Below are positions 9,414-17,674 of a stretch of DNA of 64,000 nucleotides, piece after piece. Both the position numbers and the translations under genes were made by a program. This stretch comes from a virus: IMG/VR virus record IMGVR_UViG_3300033141_002294, positions 4,482-68,481 of that record; one strand, 5' to 3'. Below the pieces are notes generated by a model, which saw nothing but the letters and a program-made list of their open reading frames with translations, ran no database searches and was not told the origin of the DNA. Each line of letters opens with the position of its first letter. The stretch's first letter is position 1.

Positions 9414-9715
9414 GGGCTATTGTCCACTCTAGCGTCATTGCCTTCGGGTAGCCTGATGTCGTTTGGGCGCGGACGGAGAGGGCGGTCTGTATCAAGCGGA
9501 GACGGCCAGTTGGTCCCATGGCGCAGAGTTGGTAGTACGTATATGTGGTATCTGTCTACGCAGTTCCAACTGCAGCAGTGGACAATCAGGTCGTTCTCAA
9601 ACTCTCCTTCCGGTGTGACGCAGACACGCACCAGCCCTATCCAGGACCCTGGTTCGGGTACGTCCAGACGGCGCGTTTTGCCGCAGATGTCGCAACGTAG
9701 TTGTGTTGTCAGCAT
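9410..9715 (-). CDS. Zn-binding hypothetical protein
   Basis: CDICG ... CCSWNC pattern. Confidence 0.5.
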   Translation of the reverse strand: MLTTQLRCDICGKTRRLDVPEPGSWIGLVRVCVTPEGEFENDLIVHCCSWNCVDRYHIYVLPTLRHGTNWPSPLDTDRPLRPRPNDIRLPEGNDARVDNSP

Positions 9716-9895
9716 GTCTCTACCCCCATTGTGGTTACTGACACCGTAGCGCTTCCTCGTCTTCCTCAGACACAAACTGCTGGCAGTAGCTCTTGAACGC
9801 AATCATGAACGCCTGCCAAGTCTCCTCGGCACTGAGTTGGTAATACTGCGTCCCTTCAGGCCGTTGGTGCAGGGTTGCTATGGTTTGTACCCCCT

Positions 9896-10765
9896 TTACT
9901 CCGGCACTACCAAACCCACTGAGCACCTGCACATCGGATGAGCCGTCGGCCCCGGCAATTGTATCCCTCTGACGTTATCCTGAAACATCCCACCTACGGG
10001 CTGTATCTGCCCGTCAAGCGCACGACAGATAGGGCAGACCCGGTCGTCCCTGGCGGCTATCCACTGCTGCATCGCATAGTTGGGAACCACGCCCTGCTCC
10101 TGTGCCTGCCTCCATGACTCCTGCGTTCCTTTCGCCTGGGCGTTGATGGTCTCTGTCCGTGCTATGCGCATCGCCCGTCGCCGGAGCATCTTGCGGCTGT
10201 AGGTGTCCGTCATGCGGTCGACCAGTTTGGCGGACCGATTGCCCTCAAGGGTAAGGCGTGTCCAGTAGTTGTGGACCGCTTTTGCCTCGCGCTCCGTCAG
10301 GCCGATGATTTCCCTGATGCGCTGGCCCATGCGGTAGGGAGGGTCACCACGGCGGAAGGCATCCTCGATGATACGCCTGATGCCCGCACGGGTGTTGTCG
10401 TACACCTCGGCGACCAGTTCCGCCCCGTGCTGCCGTATCCACTCCTCGGCGTAGGGGTTGCGCAGACCGAAGTTCAGGGTTATTCGCAGCTGCTCGGCCT
10501 CTTTGTAGGCAGAACGGAAGAATATCTCCCGCAAGATGCGGCCCCAACCGCGTTCTGCGGCCTCCCTGGACCGTTCCCACGCCATGGATTCAAGCACGAA
10601 GTGGGGGGCCCCGACCTGCACGGCCATAACGGCGGCCTCTTCGGAGACGGACTCCTTGAGCTTCGCCGTGCTGTCGTTGAACATCTGAACCCACCTGCCC
10701 AAATCTTTGTTGCTTGGGCGGGTGGGTTGCTTGCGACTCGGGGCCTTGATTACCAGTCGCTTCAT
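9896..10765 (-). CDS. head morphogenesis protein (Mu gpF / SPP1 gp7 family)
   Basis: RAMRIARTET, WIAARDDRVCPICRALDG and HPMCRC motifs; follows portal. Confidence 0.9.
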   Translation of the reverse strand: MKRLVIKAPSRKQPTRPSNKDLGRWVQMFNDSTAKLKESVSEEAAVMAVQVGAPHFVLESMAWERSREAAERGWGRILREIFFRSAYKEAEQLRITLNFGLRNPYAEEWIRQHGAELVAEVYDNTRAGIRRIIEDAFRRGDPPYRMGQRIREIIGLTEREAKAVHNYWTRLTLEGNRSAKLVDRMTDTYSRKMLRRRAMRIARTETINAQAKGTQESWRQAQEQGVVPNYAMQQWIAARDDRVCPICRALDGQIQPVGGMFQDNVRGIQLPGPTAHPMCRCSVGLVVPE

Positions 10766-12060
10766 AGCTCGTCCGCCTGCTCCTTGATTTGAGGCAGGCC
10801 CATGCGCTGGAGGACTGCATTCGTGATTTCCTCGTTCGGGAACAGCACCGCCCCGGCACCGCTCAGGGCAGTAATCATCTTGGCGATCTCCTCAAGCGGC
10901 ATCTGCTCCAGGTCACCGTGTGTAATCTCCGGCATGGTCTCGGGTTGCATGCCGTTATAGGCCAGGAGCTTGGGCACGGCGTGGCGGTTTATCTGTGCCG
11001 CGATGTGGTCGAGGTAGGCGTTTGTGGCGGTGGCGAACAGGTTGGTCTTTGAGGATGCCAGAGCAAACGAGCCGACCTTCTCCATGCCCAAGAATAGGAA
11101 CTCGGCCAGGGCGGTCATGGCGGTCCGCTGCTCATACCGAGTGATGATGGCGTTGGTGTCGAACTGTCTGGTGCCTCCGGTGGAGAGGAGGCGGAGCTTG
11201 AACCCGGTTTTGATGACGTTGCCGGCGGAATCGGAGATTTCCTCACATGGGACGACCAGACCCTCACGCTCATCGCGCTTGATTTCGGCCATCGCTGTCT
11301 TGAACGCCTCATACTGGGCTTTCTCATCGGTGTTGGCCGAAGGCAGTGTAATATGGGGCGGCACCTCCAGCACGGGCAACCCAGCCAGATCACGCTCTAC
11401 GCCGATAGCCTCAATCTCCTGGATCCGCTTCGTGAAATACCACGGCCTGAATGCATTGCGCAGAATAGACCGACCCTCAGGATTGCCCAGCATCTCCTTG
11501 GTGCGGAAAAGCAACAGCTTTTCTATTGGAATGAGCACTTCCGGCCCACCCGTCGGGTCCTGCTGGTACATGCCCTTCAGTTCGTTGTTGTCGTCAAACT
11601 CCCAGCCGGTGACCGTCTCGGGCGACCGTATCTCTAGCTTGCGCCAGCCGATACGCCCGTCAGTGTACCGGGAGTTTCGGGTCGGGTCCTTGGACTCACC
11701 GGCCCGCTGCTTGTAGCACAGTTCAAACGGCGCGAACCCAAACGGCAGCATCGACCCGAATATCTCTCCGATGAACGACGGCCAGGTATGGGACATATCG
11801 TCCATACACGAGGCGACGAACTCAGCCGCCTCCACACTGCCCTGGTCCGCATCCTCACCTGCGGAAACCTCCCACTCGACGCCTCGGCAGAGCATCTCCG
11901 TAACGAGGATGATAGCGCCAATGATGGGATCGTTGTCCCGCATCTCCTTGTAAACCCGGATGCCATTCGTACCCTTCAGTGTGTTGTGCATCTCCTGGTC
12001 TATGATTCTGCCATAGCGGGGCAGGCCGGTTCTGCCATATACTCTATACTGCTGGGCCAT
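10762..12060 (-). CDS. portal protein (Mu gp29/DUF935-like)
   Basis: GNPEGRSILR, EAIGVERDLAGLP and GSFALA motifs; follows terminase. Confidence 0.9.
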   Translation of the reverse strand: MAQQYRVYGRTGLPRYGRIIDQEMHNTLKGTNGIRVYKEMRDNDPIIGAIILVTEMLCRGVEWEVSAGEDADQGSVEAAEFVASCMDDMSHTWPSFIGEIFGSMLPFGFAPFELCYKQRAGESKDPTRNSRYTDGRIGWRKLEIRSPETVTGWEFDDNNELKGMYQQDPTGGPEVLIPIEKLLLFRTKEMLGNPEGRSILRNAFRPWYFTKRIQEIEAIGVERDLAGLPVLEVPPHITLPSANTDEKAQYEAFKTAMAEIKRDEREGLVVPCEEISDSAGNVIKTGFKLRLLSTGGTRQFDTNAIITRYEQRTAMTALAEFLFLGMEKVGSFALASSKTNLFATATNAYLDHIAAQINRHAVPKLLAYNGMQPETMPEITHGDLEQMPLEEIAKMITALSGAGAVLFPNEEITNAVLQRMGLPQIKEQADEL

Positions 12061-12064
12061 CTAA

Positions 12065-13510
12065 TCACACCTTCCAGGGAGAGCGGCGCTTGCCCCATTC
12101 ATCCGGTCGCCATTCAGTCTTGCGGGCTTTACTCTGCTCCAGCCTGAGCAGTGCCTGACTCATGGCATCGACCTGGTCGTCCGTTGCGGCGTTGGGAAAA
12201 GCGGTGGCCTCACTCAAAAAATCATTAATCCAGGCAGCCCGTCTGGGCAGATACACATTGCCCGACTGTACATAGGGAGCTACTGCAGCAGCCCGCGCCT
12301 CTTTTCCGCCCTGTGGCTGAACCGGGACTAGTCCGGCTATCTGTCGCCGCAGAGTAGCGATGACCGCCGGACCGTTTGCCTGGTCCTCAACGAGTTTGAG
12401 GCGGGCCTTCGGCCAGCGGTTGCTCATCGCAACTACCGACAGGATGGTGGCGGGAAAATTCATGCGCTGGCGCACCTGATCCAGTAGGTAGAAGTCGGCG
12501 TCCCTGCGGCCCCAGGCCTGACCTACCACGTAGGAGCCCTCCTGCGTGTTCTTGAATGCCATGTCCCAGGATTGAACGACCTCATCCAGGTCAACCGGGG
12601 CATCGTCGTACCATTGCCACCAGTCGCGGTGGAAGATATTGCCCTCGGGTGGGGCGGGACGTTGCTGGTACAGTGCAGACCATACATAGGGTCCAACCGC
12701 TTGCTTGATGCGCTCCAGTTGGTCTGTATCGAATCGCTCAGGCCACAAAGGCTCTCCGGGCTCGCGACCCAATTGGTCGTTATCCTCCGCCAGAGCAGGG
12801 AGGGTGATTCGCGTCCACCTGTCGCCGCCCGCCTTCTCTTCCTCGATGAGCCGTCCTGCGAGGTCGTCCTCATGCCAGCGGGTCATGATGAGGATAATGG
12901 CCCCGCCGGGCTCCAGGCGCGTGTATAGTGTGGACTGGTACCAGTCCCATTGTTTGTCCCGGATAACCTGTGATTGGGCCTCTTCTTGGTTCTTCAGCGG
13001 GTCGTCTATAATGGCGATGTCTGCTCCGCGGCCCGTGATGGGACCGCCTACGCCGACGGCTACCATGCCGCCGTCATGTCCCTTTAGGTCCCACCTGTCT
13101 GCCGCTGAGGAGTCATCCGCTACATCAACACCGAAGAGGAGGGGACCAGTTTGCTCCAGCAGGTCGCGGGCCTTGCGTCCAAAGCCTCGGGCGAGATCGG
13201 AGCCATAGGACGCCAGGATAATCCGGTTGTCGGGAAAGTTCCCCAACGCCCAGGCGGGGAAGTATTTACTTGTAAACTCGCTCTTGCCGTGCCGGGGAGG
13301 CATCTGGATCATCAATCGCAGGATGCGTTTGGCGGCTACGTCGGCGAGGGCGTCACTCAGGCGTAGCAGGTGTCTCGCAGGTATCCATCTGCGGTTGCTC
13401 GCCAGCCATGCGTACCCCGCCGGTAGCCCCAGCAAGGCGCTCGAATAGCTGATTGGCAGTAGCTCGGGCGTCTGGGTTGTTGATGATTTCCTGCCGGATG
13501 TCATACTCAT
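12065..13510 (-). CDS. terL: terminase large subunit
   Basis: MPPRHGKS (Walker A), ITGRGAD, IIDDP, LYQQRP, SWDMA and DDQVDA motifs. The true start may lie downstream of 13510. Confidence 0.95.
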   Translation of the reverse strand: MSMTSGRKSSTTQTPELLPISYSSALLGLPAGYAWLASNRRWIPARHLLRLSDALADVAAKRILRLMIQMPPRHGKSEFTSKYFPAWALGNFPDNRIILASYGSDLARGFGRKARDLLEQTGPLLFGVDVADDSSAADRWDLKGHDGGMVAVGVGGPITGRGADIAIIDDPLKNQEEAQSQVIRDKQWDWYQSTLYTRLEPGGAIILIMTRWHEDDLAGRLIEEEKAGGDRWTRITLPALAEDNDQLGREPGEPLWPERFDTDQLERIKQAVGPYVWSALYQQRPAPPEGNIFHRDWWQWYDDAPVDLDEVVQSWDMAFKNTQEGSYVVGQAWGRRDADFYLLDQVRQRMNFPATILSVVAMSNRWPKARLKLVEDQANGPAVIATLRRQIAGLVPVQPQGGKEARAAAVAPYVQSGNVYLPRRAAWINDFLSEATAFPNAATDDQVDAMSQALLRLEQSKARKTEWRPDEWGKRRSPWKV

Positions 13511-13976
13511 GCCGGGTTGTCACCTCGCCGGATTGCTGTTGATGCGCCGTGGGTTTGCCTGTGAGCAGTTGATGTTTCTCGACCGATTGAGCAAGGACGC
13601 CGACCACAGACCGAAGGAACAGGCCGCGAGGCTCCTTTTCCTTCGGCCCTTCCTCCATCAGTTGAGCGGCCACTTCGATAGCCTGAGAGCTAAGAGCAAG
13701 GAGGCGGGATGCAACGGCCTTGGCCTCGTCTGCCAGAGCGTTACTTGCTTTTTCAACGGCGCGGGTCACTACCTGTTCACTGACGGCCTTTAGTTTTTTA
13801 GAAGGCCGTTTGTTTGCTGTTTGTTTGTTTGTTTGTTCGCTCTGCTTGGCACACCAGCTGGCCACGGTGCCGAAGGGTATTCCCAACGCGTTTGCAGCTT
13901 CTCTAACGGACATTGTCTGACGCAGGGCAAGCGCTTTGACGCGGTCCTCTTCTGTGTACCGACGCCGCCCACCCAT
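13353..13976 (-). CDS. terS: terminase small subunit (N-terminal HTH)
   Basis: RYTEEDRVKAL..SVREAANALGIPFGTVASW HTH; GGAGTG RBS; directly upstream of terL. Confidence 0.75.
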   Translation of the reverse strand: MGGRRRYTEEDRVKALALRQTMSVREAANALGIPFGTVASWCAKQSEQTNKQTANKRPSKKLKAVSEQVVTRAVEKASNALADEAKAVASRLLALSSQAIEVAAQLMEEGPKEKEPRGLFLRSVVGVLAQSVEKHQLLTGKPTAHQQQSGEVTTRHEYDIRQEIINNPDARATANQLFERLAGATGGVRMAGEQPQMDTCETPATPE

Positions 13977-13993
13977 GTCTATCACTCCAAATG

Positions 13994-14020
13994 AAAAGAC
14001 CACACCTCTCGATGTGGCCT
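13994..14020 (-). terminator. intrinsic terminator between tRNA cluster and terS
   Basis: Minus strand GGCCACATC-GAGA-GGTGTGGTC followed by TTTTCATTT. Confidence 0.6.
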
Positions 14021-14035
14021 GGCTTTGAAATTTGA

Positions 14036-14121
14036 TGGGCCGGGCGGGGTTTGCACCCGCATCTCCGGGCTCCTCGCCCGGTGCTCTCAGAGTCGCCTCC
14101 ACTAAGTTGAGCTACCGGCCC
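14036..14121 (-). tRNA. atypical tRNA-like gene (anticodon position AGG, expanded D-loop)
   Basis: Acceptor GGGCCGG/CCGGCCC, D stem GCTC/GAGC, anticodon stem CCGGG/CCCGG with loop CGAGGAG, T arm GCGGG-TGCAAAC-CCCGC. Confidence 0.65.
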
Positions 14122-14130
14122 TTGTTACCA

Positions 14131-14295
14131 CTGATAGCAGTCACGGCCCCAAACCGACCCTTCGCGCCTGACCCCAACCGCTTGCGGGTTACCCCCGGCC
14201 GCCCACGCCCCTAGCCGGTCTCCCGGTCCCTCCCGGAAGTAGATTCCGGGGCTTCGGCGGCGTGGACGGCGTCATTCTCAACGCTGGGCCATCAG
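14131..14295 (-). ncRNA. putative multi-stem structured ncRNA
   Basis: Nested helices CTGATGGC/GCTATCAG, TGAC/GTCA and GCCGTCCACGCC/GGCGTGGGCGGC; hairpins CCGG-GAGA-CCGG and CCCGGAA..TTCCGGG; no credible ORF. Confidence 0.55.
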
Positions 14296-14414
14296 TAGCC
14301 GTACCACCAATCAACGAGTCGTTCACCAACCCAGCAGCCGGCGATGGCTACCAGGGGTAACACGACTATATAAAAGACAATGTTGATTATAGCCTTGAAG
14401 ACAATCTCGGCCAA
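14292..14414 (-). CDS. 40-aa single-TM peptide
   Basis: GGAGGGGG RBS, TTG start, (M)AEIVFKAIINIVFYIVVLPLVAIAGCWVGERLVDWWYGY; too short for the ORF track. Confidence 0.5.
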   Translation of the reverse strand: MAEIVFKAIINIVFYIVVLPLVAIAGCWVGERLVDWWYGY

Positions 14415-14430
14415 CTGTGCTACCCCCTCC

Positions 14431-14504
14431 TGGCTGGGGCGGCAGGACTCGAACCTACGCTAGCGGGTTCAAAACCCGCTGTCTTACCACTTGACTACGC
14501 CCCA
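14431..14504 (-). tRNA. tRNA-Gln(UUG)
   Basis: TGGGGCG acceptor stem, anticodon loop TTTTGAA, GGTTCGAGTCC T arm, encoded CCA. Confidence 0.92.
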
Positions 14505-14623
14505 AACAGCACCTGAAGAACAAATAGTGCGATGAATCCACATATGGCTACTATGATTATGCCAAAGCCAAAACCCAACCCCGCCATATCCATAGCCTCA
14601 TCGTACTCATCCCATTCCGACAT
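14495..14623 (-). CDS. 42-aa single-TM peptide whose stop codon lies inside the tRNA-Gln gene
   Basis: GAGAGG RBS; MSEWDEYDEAMDMAGLGFGFGIIIVAICGFIALFVLQVLFGA. Confidence 0.45.
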   Translation of the reverse strand: MSEWDEYDEAMDMAGLGFGFGIIIVAICGFIALFVLQVLFGA

Positions 14624-14654
14624 GATGCACCTCTCATTCGCAGAGACTACTCTC

Positions 14655-14705
14655 CCCTTACTATCATAGCATAAATGCCGTGAAACAGTTGTTCCATCTT
14701 ATATA
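14655..14705 (-). promoter_or_regulatory. putative late promoter
   Basis: Extended -10 TGCTATGAT without a consensus -35, in AT-rich DNA right after the putative late activator gene. Confidence 0.45.
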
Positions 14706-14713
14706 GTCTGCGC

Positions 14714-15181
14714 TTAATACCCGGCTGGCGTCAGCCCCAGTTCGGCAATGAATCGGCACAGAGCCCCCACTTCCTTGCGCCACAATGTGCTCTTTCCCGC
14801 CATGAGGGGTTTGACCTGTTCACCATTTATCTCCACCGCAAACATGTCTGCTGTTTCCACTATCGTATCCAGACTCAAACCTTCCGGCCCGTATCTCAAC
14901 CGGAGCAGCAGTTCCTGGTCCGGTTCCAGCCGTTTGACCGCTCTCTCCACATCAGCTACCCGCACCTGTAACGACACGTTGCGGCAGACCCTATTCGCCA
15001 TCGCCGACCCCCCGGCATTGTTTCCGAGGGGTAGCTGCATAATGTCCCCGCAGGCCGGGTAGCCATCCCATTCAGTCAACTGCATGACGGTGTAGTAGAG
15101 GCGCAACTTGCTACGGGCCTCGGCGTAGGTCATTTTACCCCAGTGGCGAGATATCGTACTACTAGCCACGCTGGTACCCAT
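14714..15181 (-). CDS. putative late-gene transcriptional activator (ArpU/RinA-like, sigma region 4 HTH)
   Basis: VERAVKRLEPDQELLLRLRY motif; last early gene before tRNAs and terminase. Confidence 0.6.
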   Translation of the reverse strand: MGTSVASSTISRHWGKMTYAEARSKLRLYYTVMQLTEWDGYPACGDIMQLPLGNNAGGSAMANRVCRNVSLQVRVADVERAVKRLEPDQELLLRLRYGPEGLSLDTIVETADMFAVEINGEQVKPLMAGKSTLWRKEVGALCRFIAELGLTPAGY

Positions 15182-15202
15182 GGTGTGCCTCCTTCTAGCC
15201 AG

Positions 15203-15658
15203 TCAGCAGACTGGTGGCAATTGTTCGGCCAATGCCTTTTCTGCTGTGCGCCTGCTCTTAGATGTGTACGCATATAATCCATTGACTAGACATTCACACT
15301 CCTGGGCGGTCAGGTGTGCTACTGGTATGCCCCTTCCGTTTGATGCACCTCGGCGTGCCCATTTATACAACCGCTCTAAGCTCTTAACTTGCAACACTAT
15401 CCGACCGTGTTTCACGATGCGCCCGGCTTGCCTGTAGCCAATGGTAGGCCCCGGTATACAGCTGCAGTAGTCAAATCCCTCGTATCTCTTGCTATAAAAG
15501 GTCGCTTTGGTGCCCTCGCCCAATACGATTGTGCAGTTCAGTATTGGCATTTCGGCAGAGAATGTCCCTTCTCGGCCTAGGATTGTGATAAGTACAGCAC
15601 CCACAACACCAAATCCTATAAGCATCGCAACTGGCGGCCACCAGCAGCTTCCTATCAT
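15203..15658 (-). CDS. hypothetical protein with N-terminal TM segment
   Basis: 151 aa ORF with RBS. Confidence 0.45.
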   Translation of the reverse strand: MIGSCWWPPVAMLIGFGVVGAVLITILGREGTFSAEMPILNCTIVLGEGTKATFYSKRYEGFDYCSCIPGPTIGYRQAGRIVKHGRIVLQVKSLERLYKWARRGASNGRGIPVAHLTAQECECLVNGLYAYTSKSRRTAEKALAEQLPPVC

Positions 15659-15690
15659 ACGTGTACACCCCTTTTCCTCCGCAAAACTAC

Positions 15691-15743
15691 AAAAAAACTA
15701 CAAACTGACCCAGGCCCCGGTGTCCCGATCCGGGGTGGGTCAG
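15691..15743 (-). terminator. intrinsic terminator closing the Cas/IbrAB operon
   Basis: CTGACCCA-CCCCGG..CCGGGG-CC-TGGGTCAG hairpin followed by TTTGTAGTTTTTTT. Confidence 0.7.
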
Positions 15744-15813
15744 CCAGATGGTGTTTCGCTCGCCTTGCTCGGGTGAGTCCTATTTCGACGTTTCCACTCG
15801 CCATTCCTGCCTG

Positions 15814-16902
15814 CTACAGGATTTTCGACCATTTCTCCACCATCTCGGGGCTCAACCCCCGGCTGACTACCGGCACGTTGTTCTCCCAGTCATTTAACAG
15901 TATCTGCCTGCACTGGTGCCGATGCACCGCTTCATTCTCCGCCTGCCCTGCAAAGCGCTTCCTAAATCGCTCCACCTTGTCCGTCGGCGTAGTGTCTAGC
16001 AGATAGTCGCGGTATTCCCTCCAGGTGCCGAAATGGGGGGGGAGCTCGTCGGCCGAGTACACCTGCCTGTCGTCTGCGTATAGCGCCGCACAGTGGATGC
16101 CCTGCAGCCTCCGTAGCAACCGCTCGTAGGTCTCCGGCTCGAACTCCTGGAGGTTGGCGAGGCAGTAGAATGCCTTCTCATGAATGAGGTTCGACACCCG
16201 CATATCACTGATGTTGTGGCCTATTTTGGCGAACATCTGGTCGTAGACGGGGTTGTACTCTAGGTTGTGGTCGGCGATATACTTCCAGATGTCGGGGAAG
16301 CACCAGTCGTAAATAGGGTAGAACCTCCAAGCCTGGGGGTTCTTAGTCTTCGTGCTCCACCATATGCCCTTGTAGCCCGGGTTCCTGGTAATTGCGCGAA
16401 ACCGGTTGAGGCTCTCTTTCGACCTGATACCCACTAGCATAGCGGTAGGCTCCTCAAACTGCGTCTCCAGCCAGTCGAAGAATTTGTAGAATCGCCTCGG
16501 GTAGTCCACATCGAGGGAGTGGATCGCGATGTCGCTCTTCTCCCGCATCCATTCCTCTCCCTCTCCCCAGGCGTAGAGGAAATACTCGCGGTGTGACGTC
16601 GCGTTAGTCATGTAGATCGGCACCTGATACCACATGGGAATGACCCGGGGATGGCGCATCATGCCGTCTATCAGGCGCACGGTTGCAGCATATTCGGCCT
16701 CCTGGTCGAGGAAAAACACTTTCACCTTTCTGTCACGCCGCTCTGCCTCCTCAATGGCCAGGTGAAACAAGACCGTGCTGTCTTTACCCGACGACACACT
16801 GACGACGATGTTGTCAAACTCGTCGAAGACCCTGGCAACCCGCTGCCTCGCGGCCTCCAGGACGTCTATGTCTTTGTACTCTACCAGTGCTGCCTTAGCC
16901 AT
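15814..16902 (-). CDS. IbrA/YbdN-like PAPS-reductase (PP-loop) family protein
   Basis: DVLEAARQRV, VSVSSGKDS PP-loop, GIRSKESLNR, YPIYDW..DIW and MRVS motifs. Confidence 0.9.
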   Translation of the reverse strand: MAKAALVEYKDIDVLEAARQRVARVFDEFDNIVVSVSSGKDSTVLFHLAIEEAERRDRKVKVFFLDQEAEYAATVRLIDGMMRHPRVIPMWYQVPIYMTNATSHREYFLYAWGEGEEWMREKSDIAIHSLDVDYPRRFYKFFDWLETQFEEPTAMLVGIRSKESLNRFRAITRNPGYKGIWWSTKTKNPQAWRFYPIYDWCFPDIWKYIADHNLEYNPVYDQMFAKIGHNISDMRVSNLIHEKAFYCLANLQEFEPETYERLLRRLQGIHCAALYADDRQVYSADELPPHFGTWREYRDYLLDTTPTDKVERFRKRFAGQAENEAVHRHQCRQILLNDWENNVPVVSRGLSPEMVEKWSKIL

Positions 16903-17674
16903 AGCGCAACCCCTCCGCAATGGCATTCGTCAGGTCCATCAGGCCCACCAGTTCGCTCACCAGATGCTCGTCGACCTTCAGGTCCGTGCGTACTACCTCA
17001 TGCTGCTCCCGGTCGAACAGTCTTGCTGGCGTGGGGACCCTGCGCTCAGGGCAGACATCTCTGGCATACCTCGCCAGCTTGGTGATTACCCCCCTGATGG
17101 TTGTCTCCGTCTCAAACAGGTATGTCTTCAGGTCCTCATACTCCAGCTTCTGCGCGGCCGTCGTCGGCACAACCCGGATCGTGGGTCTGCCGAAGTACTC
17201 TGCGTAGTCGCAAGTCACTGTGCCCTTCGCCCATCTCAGTATCTCCTCAGCCGAGAACGGGTTGAAGTCCGAAACATCCTCTTTCCACTGTTTCCAGCGG
17301 GTCTCTGCTATGTAGCTGTAGCTGTAGTCCAGGTACTGTGCGCCGACGAACCCGAAGTGGAACCACGTCCGCCAGGGTTCGCTGACGAACAGCGTCCGGT
17401 CTATCGACATCTTGCGGATGTCGCGCATACGATTGTAGACTATCTCCCATACGTGCTTCGTGCGGCTGGAGGGGGTTATGAGCCTGTTCAGCCCGACCAT
17501 CACGAGGTTGTCGAACCCCTTGATGCATCCCTGCGGGTCGTCCTCAAACCTCTCCCACTCGATTACCCGACTGCCCGGTATGTTTGGCGTAGGGTATGCC
17601 TTGTGCACCACGCAGACCGTTTTGCCGTCGAGTGGGGGGGAGAGGAACCCAATATCCTTACTCAGATAGATCAT
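16895..17674 (-). CDS. hypothetical protein, possibly a degenerate SNF2 N-terminal domain
   Basis: Coupled to both neighbours; EPWRTWFHFGFV..LDYSYSY and YEDLK..ITKL segments loosely recall SNF2_N, but Walker motifs are absent. Confidence 0.5.
   Translation of the reverse strand: MIYLSKDIGFLSPPLDGKTVCVVHKAYPTPNIPGSRVIEWERFEDDPQGCIKGFDNLVMVGLNRLITPSSRTKHVWEIVYNRMRDIRKMSIDRTLFVSEPWRTWFHFGFVGAQYLDYSYSYIAETRWKQWKEDVSDFNPFSAEEILRWAKGTVTCDYAEYFGRPTIRVVPTTAAQKLEYEDLKTYLFETETTIRGVITKLARYARDVCPERRVPTPARLFDREQHEVVRTDLKVDEHLVSELVGLMDLTNAIAEGLRYG

Noticed and set aside
15655-15804. 49-codon minus-strand ORF (MASGNVEIG...) after ibrA
   Set aside because: It runs through the terminator hairpin and T-tract and has a poorly spaced RBS, so the region is more likely non-coding.
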